Source of the DNA: Hormiphora californensis
Taxonomy: Eukaryota; Animalia; Ctenophora
Reading direction: 5' to 3'
Length of the DNA stretch: 64,000 nucleotides
NCBI GenBank assembly: GCA_020137815.1
Contig: CM035358.1
Location: 248,001 to 312,000 of the forward strand
A program made the translations under genes and the position numbers. The notes beneath the pieces were generated by a model. That model ran no database searches. It had not been told where the DNA came from and saw only the letters and a list, made by a program, of their open reading frames with translations. The number at the start of each line of letters is the position of its first letter. The stretch's first letter is position 1. Shown here one piece after another: positions 1 to 19,829 of the stretch.

Positions 1-671
1 AAGTCGCTAGACCCAAAATTAATGTTTTCAAAAGATCTAATATGTTTTACTGTACATCCGTAATGAATCATCCCTTCCCCTCCCCCTACCCGACACATTT
101 TTTATCAATTCCACACATTACCTACAGCATATATCCTATGTAGATCAAGTATGGCAGAGCTGGCTACATTCAAAGAATTTCTTCAGAACTACATCCGCTG
201 TACAGATGAATGTTTTCGTGCTTGCGTCAACGATTTCTCTAGCAGGGAGGTAATACCTTTTCAATCGTGAATTATTAACTTTGTGACATGTGAAGGTAAT
301 CATACAGTGAACACTGAATTCTGTTGTGAACTCTGTTGTGAAATCTTTTGTAAACTCTGTTGTGAACTCTGTTGTTTTAACTATTGTTTTCCAGGTCGGG
401 GAAAAAGAAGATAAATGTACGACTAACTGCACTGATAAATATTTGAAAATTAACGCCCGATTGTTGACAAGAGTACAGGAGCACAATGAAATGCTTATAT
501 CTGCCCAAAGAACTGGCAAGTGAGACAGACTACATAAAGACATTTCCAAATTCTTGACTGTCTTCTCGGCAACTGTGTAATACCAACAACTGTGATGTCG
601 CTGAGTTGGGGAACCAATCAGTTTTTAAAACTTGCCCATTTTCTCGCTTTGTTTTTTTTAATTTTATACTC

Positions 672-1632
672 CGTCACCTTCAAGTTAAAAGGGTATATTA
701 TATCTCTAGAAACATGGTTTTGAGATAATCAACAAAAACCGTTTTATGCCAAAAAATACGGAGTTTTGAAAAGATACAATACAATTATAATTTATATCCC
801 GCTTTTGGGCCTATAATGCATTGTTAGTGCTAGGAGGACGCCGTTTCAATCAGTCGATTGAAGTAACGCACCCACCACTAACAAGCCTTCTAAAGATATT
901 CCTGTCATTTTTGTTAGTGATCTGGATGTGTTAGGCGATGAAGTAAAAACTATCTGACATTCATAAAAATGCAGATATACCCTGCCCGGGTGAATGAATT
1001 CACCCGGATAGCTTAGCAGAATTCGAAAATGACATTTTGGTATAGAGGTGGTGGTAGAGGGAAATTTTTGGTCACACTTTTGTTGCGAGGGACAACAATG
1101 TACACCCGGTCTTAGCAACTGAGCCGTGCACACAGCGACAATGTGCTCCTTTTTAATGACACAATTTCATGAACGTGGTGTGTGCACAGCACTGACCAAA
1201 ACATGAAAACGTGCTGCCGCGTGTTTCGTGTGTTACATACACATTGTCATCTTGAGAGTGATGGAGGTTAGATAGTTAATTAGTTAGGTTAGGATGTCGG
1301 AAGCCAGTTAGCAAGTGATTGTAAAGGAGCAGTTGCGTAGCAGGTATGGGTGGACATTTAATTATCCCTCTACCGATTTACTAGGTATTCAAATATGTCT
1401 TTTTCGAATTCTAACCCTACTTTGCTTTTTTGTAAAGCAAAGGAAAAATAAGTCAAAAGGGCATTTATAAGTCAAGATATACCCTTTCTGTAAATCCAAA
1501 ATTTTTTGAATTTTACTTAGATCGATCCCATATTTTGGGCATAGTTTACACATGGAACAAGGACTCCAAACAACATGTAACATTAAGAAGGGTATATCTT
1601 AACTTAAATACCCTTTTAACTTGAAAGTGACG
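672..1632. mobile_element. Non-autonomous TIR element (degenerate)
   Basis: CGTCACCTTCAAGTTAAAAGGGTAT at 672 is inverted by ATACCCTTTTAACTTGAAAGTGACG ending 1632. No intact ORF inside. Confidence 0.5.
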
Positions 1633-1867
1633 ACCCCATATTTACATTTTCCCCACATCCCCCTTTTCATACGAGAGATAAAGAGTGTAAATGTACACAT
1701 TATCTCTAGATTATAAAGAGTCATTTAATAACTACATACTCACTTTCAACCTACAAACCCCACTGTATGTACCCATCACCACCGATATTGTTGCTAGGGA
1801 CTTACTATAACCTGGCTAGTTGCTTTATACTGTCCCAAATGCGATATATGGCACCATCTTTCTTTGC

Positions 1868-2143
1868 TAAAGTCGAATTTTTTAATCAAGGGACAGGGGG
1901 CCGCGCATTCAGAGAGGTCGCGCGGCGTTGTATTTGCGCGTGACAATCGAGATCAAGTTCCTGATAATCTTAAGACTTGAACCCGGAAGCGTTGGAAAGA
2001 TAATTTTAAGACCTTTTCAACGCAACCAAGATCAAGTCTTTATCTTATCAGGAAGAGGAGATATGAGCGAAAATATTTAGCACGCGCAAAAAGACTTTGT
2101 ATATGCGCGGCCCCCTGTCCCTTGATTAAAAAATTCGACTATA
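1868..2143. mobile_element. MITE, TAAAGTCG...CGACTATA family
   Basis: ~41-bp TIR TAAAGTCGAATTTTTTAATCAAGGGACAGGGGGCCGCGCAT. A near-identical copy lies at 10632-11493. Confidence 0.8.
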
Positions 2144-2184
2144 TATCGCTGTCAAATTTACAAATACATCTTTTATACAGCGCA

Positions 2185-8202
<6,018 letters not shown>

Positions 8203-8481
8203 ATTCGTAGTTTCGTAAAACAATGAGAGGCACCATATATTGCAGTTTTCACATTATATATGGCCCACGATGAATGATGCACACTATTATCATAACTCTT
8301 TAGTGAGAAAATAGAGCTCCCATTTCGTGGAAACTCCGATGAAACGTGATTTAGGATTTCCTTTTTACACTTCCAAGTCTCAGATAACTAGGAGTGATTC
8401 TTCTCGCTATATAGTAGGAGCGCTTAGAGCAGCACACGCAAAAGTTGTGCGCCACACAAGAAAAAGTTTTTCAGGATCAAC

Positions 8482-10413
8482 GGGGGGGTTCCAACCTATT
8501 TGTTGTACGTTTGTACGGAAAAAAACACGGGTTTCCTCAAACAAAAAAATACAAAAAAATACAAAAAAGTACAAAAAAATACAAAAAAATACAAAAAAAT
8601 AAAACGGGGTATAAACGATTAAACAAAGCTTTTCTGATCGTTGAAACTTTAGTTTATGATCATAATTGTGTCATAAATTCCTATTAAACTGTGGTTTCAT
8701 ACAAAATTAGCAACTTTTTCTTATAATTGGAAGATAAAAACATGTTTTAATCATGTTTTAATTGTTCTTTATCAAAACACAAGGAAATATTCTATTCAAA
8801 ATTTTCGAAATCTGAATCAATGATGTTTACTTTTTCGAATTTCGAATGAAAGATAATAATTACACGACAAACGTTCCTAGGTGGTACATTAGGACAAAAG
8901 GAACCCGTCCATGAACTTTTACTAGGCACCCACCTCCATAATTTGTTGTGCTTTTTTTGTACTGTTTGTACGAAAAATTGGAATTTCTAAGAGAGAAAAT
9001 CTTTCCAAATCGAACTTTCTATCCAAGAAAGTATTATCGAATCGCAATTTCTAAGCGAGAGAAATTTTCCCGAATCGCAATTTCTTACCGAGAAATTTTT
9101 TCGAATCGTATTTTCTAAGCGAGAAATTTCCCCCAAATCGCAATTTCTTTACGAGAAAATTTTCTTGAATCGTATTTTCTAAGCGAGAAATTTCCCCGAA
9201 TCGCAATTTCTTACCGAGAAAATTTTCTCGAAACGTATTTTCTAAGCGAGAAATTTCCTCGAATCGAAATTTGTTACCGAGAAAATTTTTCTCGAATCGT
9301 ATTTTCTAAGCGAGAAATTTCCCCGAATCGCAATTTCTTTCCGAGAAAATTTTTCTCGAATCGTATTTTCTAAGCGAGAAATTTCCCCGAATCGCAATTT
9401 CTTACCGAGAAAATTTTCTCGAATCGTATTTTCTAAGCGAGAAATTTCCTAGCATCGCAATTTCTTACCGAGAAAATTTTCTCGAATCGTATTTGGGACA
9501 GTCCACGTCTGAGTGAGATAATCTCACTCAGACATCACAGAATTTCTCTTAAGTGTACAATCTTTTTACAAAAATTAGAGTTGCTACATAAACTAGAGCA
9601 TATCTAGTTTATGTAGCAAGTCTATTTTTGTAAAAAAGATTGTACACTTAGGAGAAATTCTGTGATGTCTGAGTGAGATTATCTCACTCAGACGTGGACT
9701 GTCCCATTTTCTAAGCGAGATATTTCCCCGAATCCCAATTTCTTACCGAAAAAATTTCTCGAATCGTATTTTCTAAGCGAAAAATTTCCCCAAATCGCAA
9801 TTTTTACCGAGAAAATTATCCCGAATCGAAATTAGTACCGAGAAAGTGATCTCCAACTGAGAAAATTTTCTCGTAATCGTAATCCTGCATTTTCGGAACG
9901 TGTTCGTCTCAACACTGCGCGTCGCAGACTGTACCAAACCCGGGCGAACAAGCTAACAATAGTGCAATTACATGCGCGCGATGTACTATATCGCATGGAA
10001 GTTCACTATTGTTAGCTCGCCCACCCGGGTTAGCTCGATCACCCGCGACGCGCAACGTTGAGACGAACACGCTCCGAAAAGAGAGCATAACGGTAATCTG
10101 AATCAATGATTTCGTTTTTTAGAATTTCAAAAACGTGTACTTTTACACACTTTTTAGTATGTAATTTTAGCAGGAAAATGGACGACAATGGAACTAAAAA
10201 CGTTCATATATATATATGATAGATGGTACATGAACATAAACGGAACCCAGCTATGTATTATTTATACTTTTATCAGGCACCCACATTCTTCATTATTTTT
10301 TTGTATTTTTTTGTATTGTTTGTATGGAAAAAAACAAGAATTTCGGATACTTTTATGTATGGTCCGTACAAAACCGTACAAAACCGTACAAAAAAATAGG
10401 TTGGAACCCCCCC
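8482..10413. mobile_element. Non-autonomous DNA transposon with poly-G termini and 8-bp TSD
   Basis: TIR GGGGGGGTTCCAACCTATTT. TSD GGATCAAC at 8474-8481 and 10414-10421. Internal ~32/64-bp tandem repeat at ~8990-9870. Confidence 0.8.
9495..9705. mobile_element. Palindromic MITE, Sola-like (GGG terminus, 4-bp ATTT TSD)
   Basis: Near-perfect 211-bp palindrome interrupting one tandem-repeat unit, with ATTT duplicated. Confidence 0.75.
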
Positions 10414-10631
10414 GGATCAACTTTTCACGTTTTGGCTCATAACTTTGGCTCATTTAAACTCCTGTTCCTGATTTTAAGGCCCATCGAATGGCGTTGGTTT
10501 GAAGTATTAAATATCATCAGGAACAGGAGTTATGAGCCAAAACGTGAAAAGTTGATCCTGAAAAACTTTTTCTTGCGTGTTTTTTTAAAAAACGAAATTG
10601 GTGTGGCGCGCGACTTTTGCGTGTGCTGCTC

Positions 10632-11493
10632 TAAAGTCGAATTTTTTAATCAAGGGACATGGGGCCGCGCATTCAGAGAGGTCGCGCGGCGTTGTATTTG
10701 CGCGTGATAATCGATATCAAGTTCCTGGCAATCTTAAGACTTTAAAGGGCCTAAAAACCCAAATTTTATTTATTTATTTTGAACACTCCATTGTAACAAG
10801 CATGCTATTGGAGTCCCAAAAAACATAGGTACACGCCCCACCCGCCCAATGTCGTGAGCCCAGGGGAGCCCCTCAAGTTGGGGTCCATTTGGGGTCCCCT
10901 TGTAAACGCGGTTGTATTCCTTGAAATGCTAACAATATGATCCTCTCTCAAATATAAAATGTAGGATAGAAACTATCCTTGTGTTTTAGTAGATTTCATA
11001 ATATTTCTCATCAATTATTATTTAAGCCTATCAAAACTAGGAGAAAAATTACCAGAATACAGAGACAAGAAAGATTATGTACTCACCTGAAACACAATGC
11101 TAAATTTTACCCAAAACTTCAAATTTCAGAGAGGATCATATTGTTAGCATTTCAAGGAGTACAACCGCGTTTACAAGGGGACCCCAACTGGGCCCCAACT
11201 TGAGGGGCTCCCCTGGGCTCACATTGGGCGGGTGGGGCGTGTACCTAGGTTTTTTGGGACTCCAATAGCATGCTTGTTACGATGTAGTGTTTAAAATGAT
11301 TAAATAGAATTTGGGTTTTTAGGCCCTTTAACTCGACAGCGTTGGAAAGATAATTTTAAGACCTTTTCAACGCAACCAAGATCAAGTCTTTATCTTATCA
11401 GGAACAGGAGATATGAGCGAAAACGTTTAGCACGCGCAAAAAGACTTTTGTAAATGTGCGGCCCCTGTCCCTTGATTAAAAAATTCGACTATA
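10632..11493. mobile_element. Second TAAAGTCG MITE copy with nested insertion
   Basis: Matches 1868-2143 except for an insert at 10746-11327. Confidence 0.8.
10746..11327. mobile_element. Kolobok-like foldback MITE (TTAA TSD)
   Basis: TTAA|AGGGCCTAAAAACCC ... GGGTTTTTAGGCCCT|TTAA with long inverted arms. Confidence 0.75.
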
Positions 11494-11512
11494 AGCGCTC
11501 CTACTAATAGGG

Positions 11513-11711
11513 GGAGACACACTGAAGTTGAGCGCGCTCTTTCAAATCTCAACCTTGCGGCACACACTGAAGTTCGAAGTTCGAAGTTTCGCGGAAAAGT
11601 TCGAAAAATGGGGTTTCGTGAAACTTCGAACTTTTCCGCGAAACTTCGAACTTCAGTGTGTGTCGCGAGGTTGAGATTTGAACGAGCGTGCCCAACTTCA
11701 GTGTGTCTCCC
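11513..11711. mobile_element. Palindromic MITE
   Basis: GGGAGACACACTGAAGTTG... inverted at ...CAACTTCAGTGTGTCTCCC. Confidence 0.65.
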
Positions 11712-11930
11712 GACCTAGATGTCGGTATACATATTGTACAAAGGCATGCGATAATTAGTATAATATTACACGCCGTATTGCTATCTTTGCTCGGTTTTTA
11801 TCCTGTATGAGAAAGTAGGCCGAAAATTATTTTCTTCTAACTAGATAATTTTTGGCATACTTTTTCATACAGAAATCTTCTAGAGAGAATGATACAAAAA
11901 ATCAGATTGATTAGGATTGTCTGTCAAAAC

Positions 11931-12211
11931 TATAGTCCGATTTTTAATAAAGCGAACCGGGGTGCGCATTTACATAATTCGATTTGCGTGTGCTAAACCA
12001 TTTCGATCATATCTCTGGCTCCTGATAAGATAAAGACTTGATCCTGGTTGCGTTGGAAAGAGAAAAATGTTATCTTTACAATGCGACCAATGACAAGTCT
12101 CTATCTTATCAGGAACCAGATTTAGCAATAGCACGTGCAAATAATTTCCGTACATCATGCACGGAAAGTTTTTGCGCACAAGCGGTCCGCTTTATTAAAA
12201 ATCGGACTATA
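11931..12211. mobile_element. MITE with TATAGTCCGATTTTTAATAAAGCG TIRs
   Basis: Inverted ends, plus an internal module shared with the 1868 family. Confidence 0.7.
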
Positions 12212-12238
12212 TCCATGCGTTGTCTTTCTTATTTCGAC

Positions 12239-13593
12239 GGGGGGGGGGGGCCGCGTGAATTTAATATCCATGTCCTAAATAAACACGTCTGACTTTAATG
12301 TCCCTGGGACATTAAAAGACATTAAAAGACATTAAAAGACATTAAAGGACATTTAATATAAACATGAATTTTCAGCTATTATTAAACTAAAATGGTGTTT
12401 TCAACCACTTAATATTTACTTCTAATGTCCCCTCTATTGATTCCAACCAATACCATAGATGTTGGGGGTGATTAAGCCTCATTTTAGGGTGGCCCTGTAC
12501 CTCTAAGCGAACCCCGGAAATTTTGAAGTTTTGGACTAAATGTCAAGGTTTTAAAGTGAAAATAGCCCCGATTTTGATGAAACTCAGTCAGAATGGTCTT
12601 TGATGTCTAATTAGAAGTCAAAAAATTGTTGAGTGCTCAAATCCTTAATTTAGGTTTTTTTAGGTTTTTTAGGTTTTTTGGCTTTTATGGGTTTCAGGAA
12701 CGTCCTAGAACAAAATAAATAGAATCATCTTTCTCGGCGTGAAATTCTGCATCGATCATAGTGGCTATAAACCTTTCTATGACGTAGTTATCCCAAAAAA
12801 CCAAACGGGTATGCTTCATGTGGTAAGGTTTTTTAGGTTTTATTCGTTACACAGACATCGCAGATCAAAATGGTTTTCACTAAAATGATTTCCTCACCAA
12901 TACACGTCGATTGAGTACCTATAACATGGTGTTCTGACAAGAGGTTCGCCCGTTAGCCTAAAACATGTACCCGCCCCTATAACATGTACCCGTTTGGGAT
13001 AACTCTACGTCATAGAAAGGTTTATAGCCACTAAAATCGATACAGAATTTCACACTGAGAAAGATGGTTCTATTCATTTTGTTCTAGGACGTTCCTGAAA
13101 CCCATAAAAACCAAAAAAACCTAAAAAACCTAAAAGTCGTAAATTTAGGAGTTGAGCACTAAATTTTTTTTGACACCAAACACTATTCTGACCAAGTTTC
13201 TTCAAAATCGGGGCTGTTCTCTCTCACTCTAAAGCCTTCGGTGTCTTTTCTACTCGTTTCATAAGATGATTTTGAGATATCGTCTAGGCTAGAAATATGC
13301 ATGTATGTAAAAAAGGTACCGCACCCACGCCCCACGCAAAAGCAAGCCTAATTACCAGTGAACATTTATGACATTCATTGGAATCGAAAGATGGGACCTT
13401 TAGTAGTACATTGGTGGTAAACATGTTTGGTAACACATTTTGGAATGGTTTTCGGAAGTTATAATTTAATGTCTTTTAATGTCTTATAATGTCCTTTAAT
13501 GTCTTTTAATGTCCTAAATAATAACGGACAATTTAATGTCCCAAAAATCGAGGGACATTAAAGGACATTTTAATACGCGGGCCCCCCCCCCCC
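12239..13593. mobile_element. Non-autonomous DNA transposon with poly-G termini and 8-bp TSD
   Basis: G12CCGCGT ... ACGCGGGC12 ends. TSD ATTTCGAC at 12231-12238 and 13594-13601. Subterminal GACATTAAAA repeats and an inner foldback at ~12545-13239. Confidence 0.8.
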
Positions 13594-14407
13594 ATTTCGA
13601 CTATGAAGATGTAAACCCATACGATCGAGCTAGAACGAAGTATGATGTGTGATTTTGGTGATGTCACCACACATATTTGTTTGTAAATAGTATTGGAATA
13701 TGGCATCGTGATTATATATATAATATTATATTTAAATCCTGAAAATCCAGCTTATTACGTGTTACTGTCTGACGCCGTCCATTCGATTTGGCCGCAACCA
13801 TCATTTTCAGTCTGAACCTTCAGAACTCAGTTTCATAATGAACAATTTCTTTTTTTCCTTTTTGCACATTTTCCTACTTTGCAGTATATAGTAGTAGTGG
13901 GGACAAATTTTTAACTTTTTGAGTTTTTATTTGTCGGAAAGCAAATTCCGGTTGTAACCGACTAATTTTGGCCTGCTGAACACCGCGATCCCATTCATGA
14001 AAAAGCTCTCAAAATTGAAGAACATGACCAAAATGAACATTTTTGGTCCAACATGAACATTTTCGGGTCAAAAATGAAATTTATTTGGCTAACTTAAATG
14101 ATTTATATTAATTCCAATAGGTTTCCAGCCGCTGCACTGAACACGACTCTAGCCATTAAAAAAGTTGGCCAAAAGCTGGTGTAAAACACACATATATTTT
14201 CCTTATTTCGGTATTTTTTGGTAAAAAAGTAAACTTTTTTAATCGCCTGGCCCATGTAATTGACATACACTACCCCAATTCCGTTTTCAGGATGTAGTAG
14301 ACAATTGTCCATAGTTTCATATCTACTAGATTTTTGTCGACTTGGCCCTTTACCCCTAGATAATCTAGGGGTAAACTAAGGGCCAAGTCGACAAAAATTT
14401 CACTTAG

Positions 14408-14924
14408 CCCACATACAACTTGTCACCTGGAAACTGTCAGGCCAATGCTCTGACCACAGTTCTCGCGCGCTCCGCGTGCAGAACTATATTTGAGAGAAAC
14501 GAGAATGGGTCAGGCCAATGCTCTGACAGTTTCCGATTAATTTTGATAGTGATACGCTGAATCGCGTAAGCAACTTTTCCAATCCCTCAGAGGTCGGGAA
14601 AGTGCCCTAATTGAGTATAATTCGCCTTAATTGCTCAATTAAGGCACTTTGCCGACCTCTGAGGGACTGGAAAGGTTGCTTAAGAAGTGATTCAGCATAT
14701 CAAAATTAGTCGGTAAAATGCCCTCGGCCTCACTCGCTTATAAGCGTGTATCATTTCCAGGCTGTCAGAGCATTGGCCTGACCCTATTCTCATTTCTTTC
14801 AAATAAGTGTTCTGTTCTGCACGCGGAGCGCGCGAGAACTGTGGTCAGAGCATTGGCCTGACAGATCGGAAAAGTGCCATCACATAAGCATCAATCATTT
14901 CCAGGTGACAAGTTGTAAGTGGGG
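14408..14924. mobile_element. Foldback element
   Basis: CCCACATACAACTTGTCACCTGGAAA / TTTCCAGGTGACAAGTTGTAAGTGGG plus inner inverted blocks. Confidence 0.6.
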
Positions 14925-15248
14925 TCAATTAAACCCAATTATGCACAATTAGGACACTTTCCTGACCTCTGCGGGATTGGAAAAGTGATTCATCGTATAA
15001 AAATTAGTTTGGCCACATTGATGCCTGAGTGAGATCGAGGTCGCGCAGCAACCGAGATCGATCTCAGTCTCACATACATCTCACATACATCTCACATACA
15101 TCTCACATACATTCTTCGCGGAGCGAGAATAGGTTGCAATGCAATGGAGCCAAAAAATTAGTCCGGTACAGCGGTTTTGACTTTGATATGAATAAGTTTC
15201 AGTTTTTACTTTCCAAGCTTGGTCAAATGATCAAGTTTAGTCAGTCTG

Positions 15249-15940
15249 TGCGCACCTTGGTGACATTGACACCTAGTGCATGCGAGATCGAGGTCGCGCA
15301 GCGACCGAGATCGAGCTCGCACATAGGTGTCCGCTCCGCCCCCTAAAAAAGGGTCGTGTCTTTCAAGCCAAATTGCACGTGATCCACTGAACCGATTTGC
15401 ATCCGGTTTGTCGCAAAAGACTACAAATTGGTCTTAGTTTACTGGAAAATACCCGAGAAGTTTGTCTGTCAACAGGAAGGGTGTCAAAATTGACACTGAA
15501 GTCAAATCTATGATCTGGCTTCCGAGCCTTTTTGCACCACTCCCAGACGGTGTAGAATGAATTTGAGGGTATCAGAAGATAGGTTGAACTCTTGTGAGTA
15601 CTGGAAAATACCCGGCGTTAATAGCTGATGCTAATTGTATCAACATATCTCCCAATATCTTCTAAATCGCATGGGCGTAGTGCAGAAACTCTCGGAAGCC
15701 ATATTATAGGTTTGACTTCAGTGTCAATTTTGACCCACTTCCTGTTGACAGACAAACTTCTCGGGTATTTTCCAGTATATTAGGATCATTTGTAGTCTTT
15801 TGCGACAAACCGGATGCAAATCGGTCCAGTGGATCGCGTGCAACATCCCTTGAAAGAAACGACCCTTTTTGAGGCGGAGCAGACACCTGTGTGTGAGCTC
15901 AATCTTGGTCGCGCACGGTGTCTATGTCACCAAGTGTGCA
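15249..15940. mobile_element. Foldback element
   Basis: Long imperfect inverted arms, 15249-15530 vs 15690-15940. Confidence 0.6.
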
Positions 15941-17050
15941 CCCATATGTACCACGTGATATGAATTCGTGCGCTCTGAGAGGATGTTGTACAGGTCACGT
16001 GATATGTCACAGACTCTGAGTCAGAGTGCGTGACTCGCACGGGGGAGAGATCATCGATCTCGATTCAATCTTTGGGCCTTCGAAAAAATATCGATTCGAT
16101 TCGATCTTTGGGCCATCAAAAACATTTGGATTCGATTCGATTCGATCTTCAGGCGATCAAAAAATAGCAATTTGATCTCGATTCGATCTTTGAGCTCAAA
16201 ATACCGGCGAAAATTGATGTTTTTTTCTCCATTTGATCTTGATACGATCTTTGAGCTCAAAATACCGGCGAAAATTGATGTTTTTTTCTCTATTTGATAA
16301 TGATCTTGATTCGATCTTTGGGTAATCAAAGAAATATCGATTCGATTCGATTCGATCTTTGGGGCATCAAAAATTTTTCGATTCGATCTCGATTCGATCT
16401 TTGAGCTTAAAATAAAGTCGGACCCCGATTTAGAGGCATCCTCGAGAGAAAGGGTTTTGTCAGCTAAATCGGGGTGTCCACTAAATCGGAGTGAGCCATA
16501 TTTGGCCCATAAAAACCTATTTTTGTCCAAAATGCTATATTAAGACATATCTAACTTCATGCAGTATTCATGTATTGATTACATGATCATTTCTGATTAG
16601 AAATAGAAAGTTGAAAAAATTGATTATCGGATGTCCTGTTGCTAATTAGACGGCTCGAAACGAACCGATACGTGATACCATCCCGAATCGGGGCACCCTA
16701 AGCGGGGTGAGGAAGTATCAAAATTTCAAGATAAATTTTTCTCTGAAAATTCATGGGGAGCACTGATCAAAGCAATCATTCTGTAAAATTTTACCAAAAA
16801 ACATGAAAAATTTTATAGGTACACCAGCCACGTTCGATTCGTGTTTCGAATCGGTGATCTTATCGCATGTTCTGCCGCTAATTAGACGGTTCGAAACGAA
16901 CCGATACGTGATCCTCACGAAGCCCCATCAAATCGCAAGTTTTGACGCAATTGGTAAACTTGTGATTCGATAGGGTGACTTCAATAGTCACGTGACAGCC
17001 TGTCTGACAAGGTGGTCCAGAGCAATAGTCACGTGACCTCTCAAGTAACC

Positions 17051-19165
17051 CTGGAACACATGCGGGACTCCCTCTTCGGAGAAGACCATAGCACACGGCC
17101 ATCACTTACCCCATTGAAAAATGGATCCAAAGAAGAATGGCCCAGTGAGCATGTCTTCTCCATACCAAGAATAATCAGAGCACTTAAAGAGTTCAAACCG
17201 CTCACAGCGGCAGGACCAGATGAAATCAGACCAATCATGATGCAAAAGGTTGCTCCAGCCTTTGCTACTTACTTCCAAAAGATAGCAATTGCATCTTTCT
17301 CCCTTGGGGTCACTCCTCAGTCATGGCAAGAGGCTGAAGCAATTTACCTCCCAAAGCCAGGAAAGAGTGACTACCGACAACCAAAATCATTCCGAACCAT
17401 TACCCTAGCATCCAACCTCCAGAAGCTTATGGAGAGGCTAGTTCTATGGCACATCGAAGTGGACCAAAAAGTACACAAGAAACTCAACAAAAACCAGTTC
17501 GGATTTAGACGAGGTGCGTCCACTGACACTGCCCTCCACAAAGTCGTCCGAAAAATAGAACACACCCTCATGCACAGAGGAATAGCCATGGCAACCTTCC
17601 TCGACATAGAGGGCGCTTTCGACAACGTGGCCTTCAAAGCCATAGAGAGAGCACTACACAACAAACTAAAAGACAGTAAAACGGCCAATTGGATTACTTA
17701 CATGATCTCCAATCGCCGAGTCAAAACCTCACTCTTGGGACACACCCTAGTGTTCGGCCTGACAAAAGGCTGCCCCCAAGGAGGAATCCTATCGCCATTC
17801 CTTTGGAACCTGGTGATGGACGACCTCCTCAGCCTAAAGAAGGACAAAATTCCTGGTGATCTCCAAGGGTTCGCAGATGATCTCTGCCTTCTAGCCGCGA
17901 CAATATCGCCTCCAACGAAAGGCAATGCGGCTGCAGACATCTACCCCCTCAGAGAAGCAACCCAGAAAAGCCTATCCACCATTAGCAAGTGGTGCAAATC
18001 AGTGGGACTCAAGCTCAGCGCTCTCAAATCCCACACAGTAATATTCACCCACCGCCACAACATAAAACTCAGAGAACCCATCAAGGTAATGGGTCACGAG
18101 ATCAAAGCAACCAACCACACCAAATTCCTGGGTGTCACATTGGACTCCAAACTAAATTGGTCGAAACATATTGATACCCAAATAAAGAAATGTAAACAAG
18201 TCCTATTCCAGTGCAGGAGAGCGGTGGGCCCAACGTGGGGCTTCTCGCCAAAGACCATGCTGTGGATCTACAAATCCATCATACGGCCCATGCTCTCCTA
18301 TGGCGCGCTCGTATGGGCCAATGCCATGCTGACACAGAAAAACAAGATAAACACATCAAGAATCCAAAGACTTGCCCTCCAAATGGTAACTGGAGCAATG
18401 TCCAGCACACCAGGGAAGGCGCTTGACATGATTACCCACACCATGCCCATAGTAGACCACCTGAGACAATGCGCCATTAAAACAGCGTACACGCTCAGAG
18501 CGGCCGATCAGTGGGAAGGGAGTATAGTGTCGCAGCTACCACAACCAAAAGTATTCACATCCCACGCAAACACAGTGGATGAATGCCTAAACCTCCTTCC
18601 AGCAGAGTGGGAACATGACCACACCATCCCTCAACTCATCCTCGACCGGGAATACTCCCTGGAGATTCCGGACGCAGAGGACTACAAAGAAGAGGGAGAG
18701 GACGATCACACAATAATAGCTTACACAGACGGTTCCAGAATTGACGGCAACGCCGGCGCGGGCCTCCTAATCCGTGAAAATGGACAAGAGGCCCACTCGG
18801 CCGCTTTCAATCTGGGTGATACCACAACAGTCCCTATGGCCGAAATGATAGCCATCCAAAACACCACCAAACACCTCCTTGGCACAGGAACTGCCAATCA
18901 AAAAATCCTCATCAATTGCGATAGCCAAGGAACAATCAAAGCACTGGATAGCACCGTATGCAGATCCAAAACCACCCAAAACACCATTTCCAACCTGAAC
19001 GCCCTTGCAGTTTTCAACACCGTTAAAATACGGTGGATCCCTGCTCACAAAGGCCACGAAGGGAATGAACTAGCAGACTCCCTCGCTAAAAAGGGAGCAC
19101 AAGAGATTGAAAACATCATACGCCCTCCAATCCCGAAGAAAGCCGCCTATGCGGCCCTAAGGGAG
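17051..19165 (+). pseudogene. LINE ORF2 5' part: reverse transcriptase + RNase H
   Basis: AAGPDEI, PKPGK, QFGFR, FLDIEGAFD, GCPQGGILSPFLWN, FADD, FLGVTLDSKLNW. RNase H motifs YTDGS, AE, CDSQ, WIPAHKGHEGNELAD. The endonuclease domain is absent (5' truncation). Confidence 0.92.
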
Positions 19166-19523
19166 AGTAGTATATAAAATGGTACCGCTGTGCCACGATT
19201 TTGGGAGTCACCAAATTATTCCATATATGGGCATATCACGTGTCACATGGTGTCACATGATATCAGATGTGTCACGTGATATCAGGTGACGTCACATGAT
19301 GTCACATGATGTCACATGATTATGAGTTCATGGTGTGACGTCACTTCGTGACGTCACGTCATGACGTCATAGAATTATGCATAATTTTGTATATTTCATA
19401 AATTTTCATATGATGTCACGTGATTAATTACGATTATGACGTCATCACAGAAATGTATGAATTTTCTTCAGCAAATTATGTTACCTTGTTTGAAAACAGG
19501 AATTATGGTGTGTAGTTATGTGA
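19166..19523 (+). repeat. Polinton left TIR (~358 bp)
   Basis: Reverse complement of 39931-40288, with few mismatches in the outer ~310 bp and more in the inner ~50 bp. Rich in TCACGTGA/TGACGTCA/TCACATGA motifs. Confidence 0.95.
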
Positions 19524-19829
19524 TTTTGGATTTTTGGACTGTAACAACATGGAAAACCCCCTTTCTCTCTACCTATCTATCTCTCTTTCTTTCAATATCT
19601 CTTTCTCTCTCAAATTCTTTCGAACATTTGTTTACTTTAGAATCTATATCTATTTCATGTTTCCCTGGCCGGGATCCCTTTACCGTCTCTCCCTATCTTT
19701 TCTGGCTTAAATAGTTAGGAATACCAAGAACGACGCTGACATGATATTCCGGTCATTCCAGTATTTGTAACGGGTTATTCCGGTCAAGCTGGATTTTAAT
19801 GCAATTAGGCTAATCTATTGATGATTTGA

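Larger units (their letters stand above)
8412..11506. mobile_element. TIR element hosting several nested insertions
   Basis: Left TIR TAGTAGGAGCGCTTAGAGCAGCACACGCAAAAGT. The right TIR is split by the 10632-11493 MITE (…GTGTGCTGCTC[MITE]AGCGCTCCTACTA). Confidence 0.7.

Noticed and set aside
145-1300. Possible decayed transposase or gene fragments
   Set aside because: Only short ORFs, partly from a 12-bp TGTGAACTCTGT repeat, with no convincing motif.
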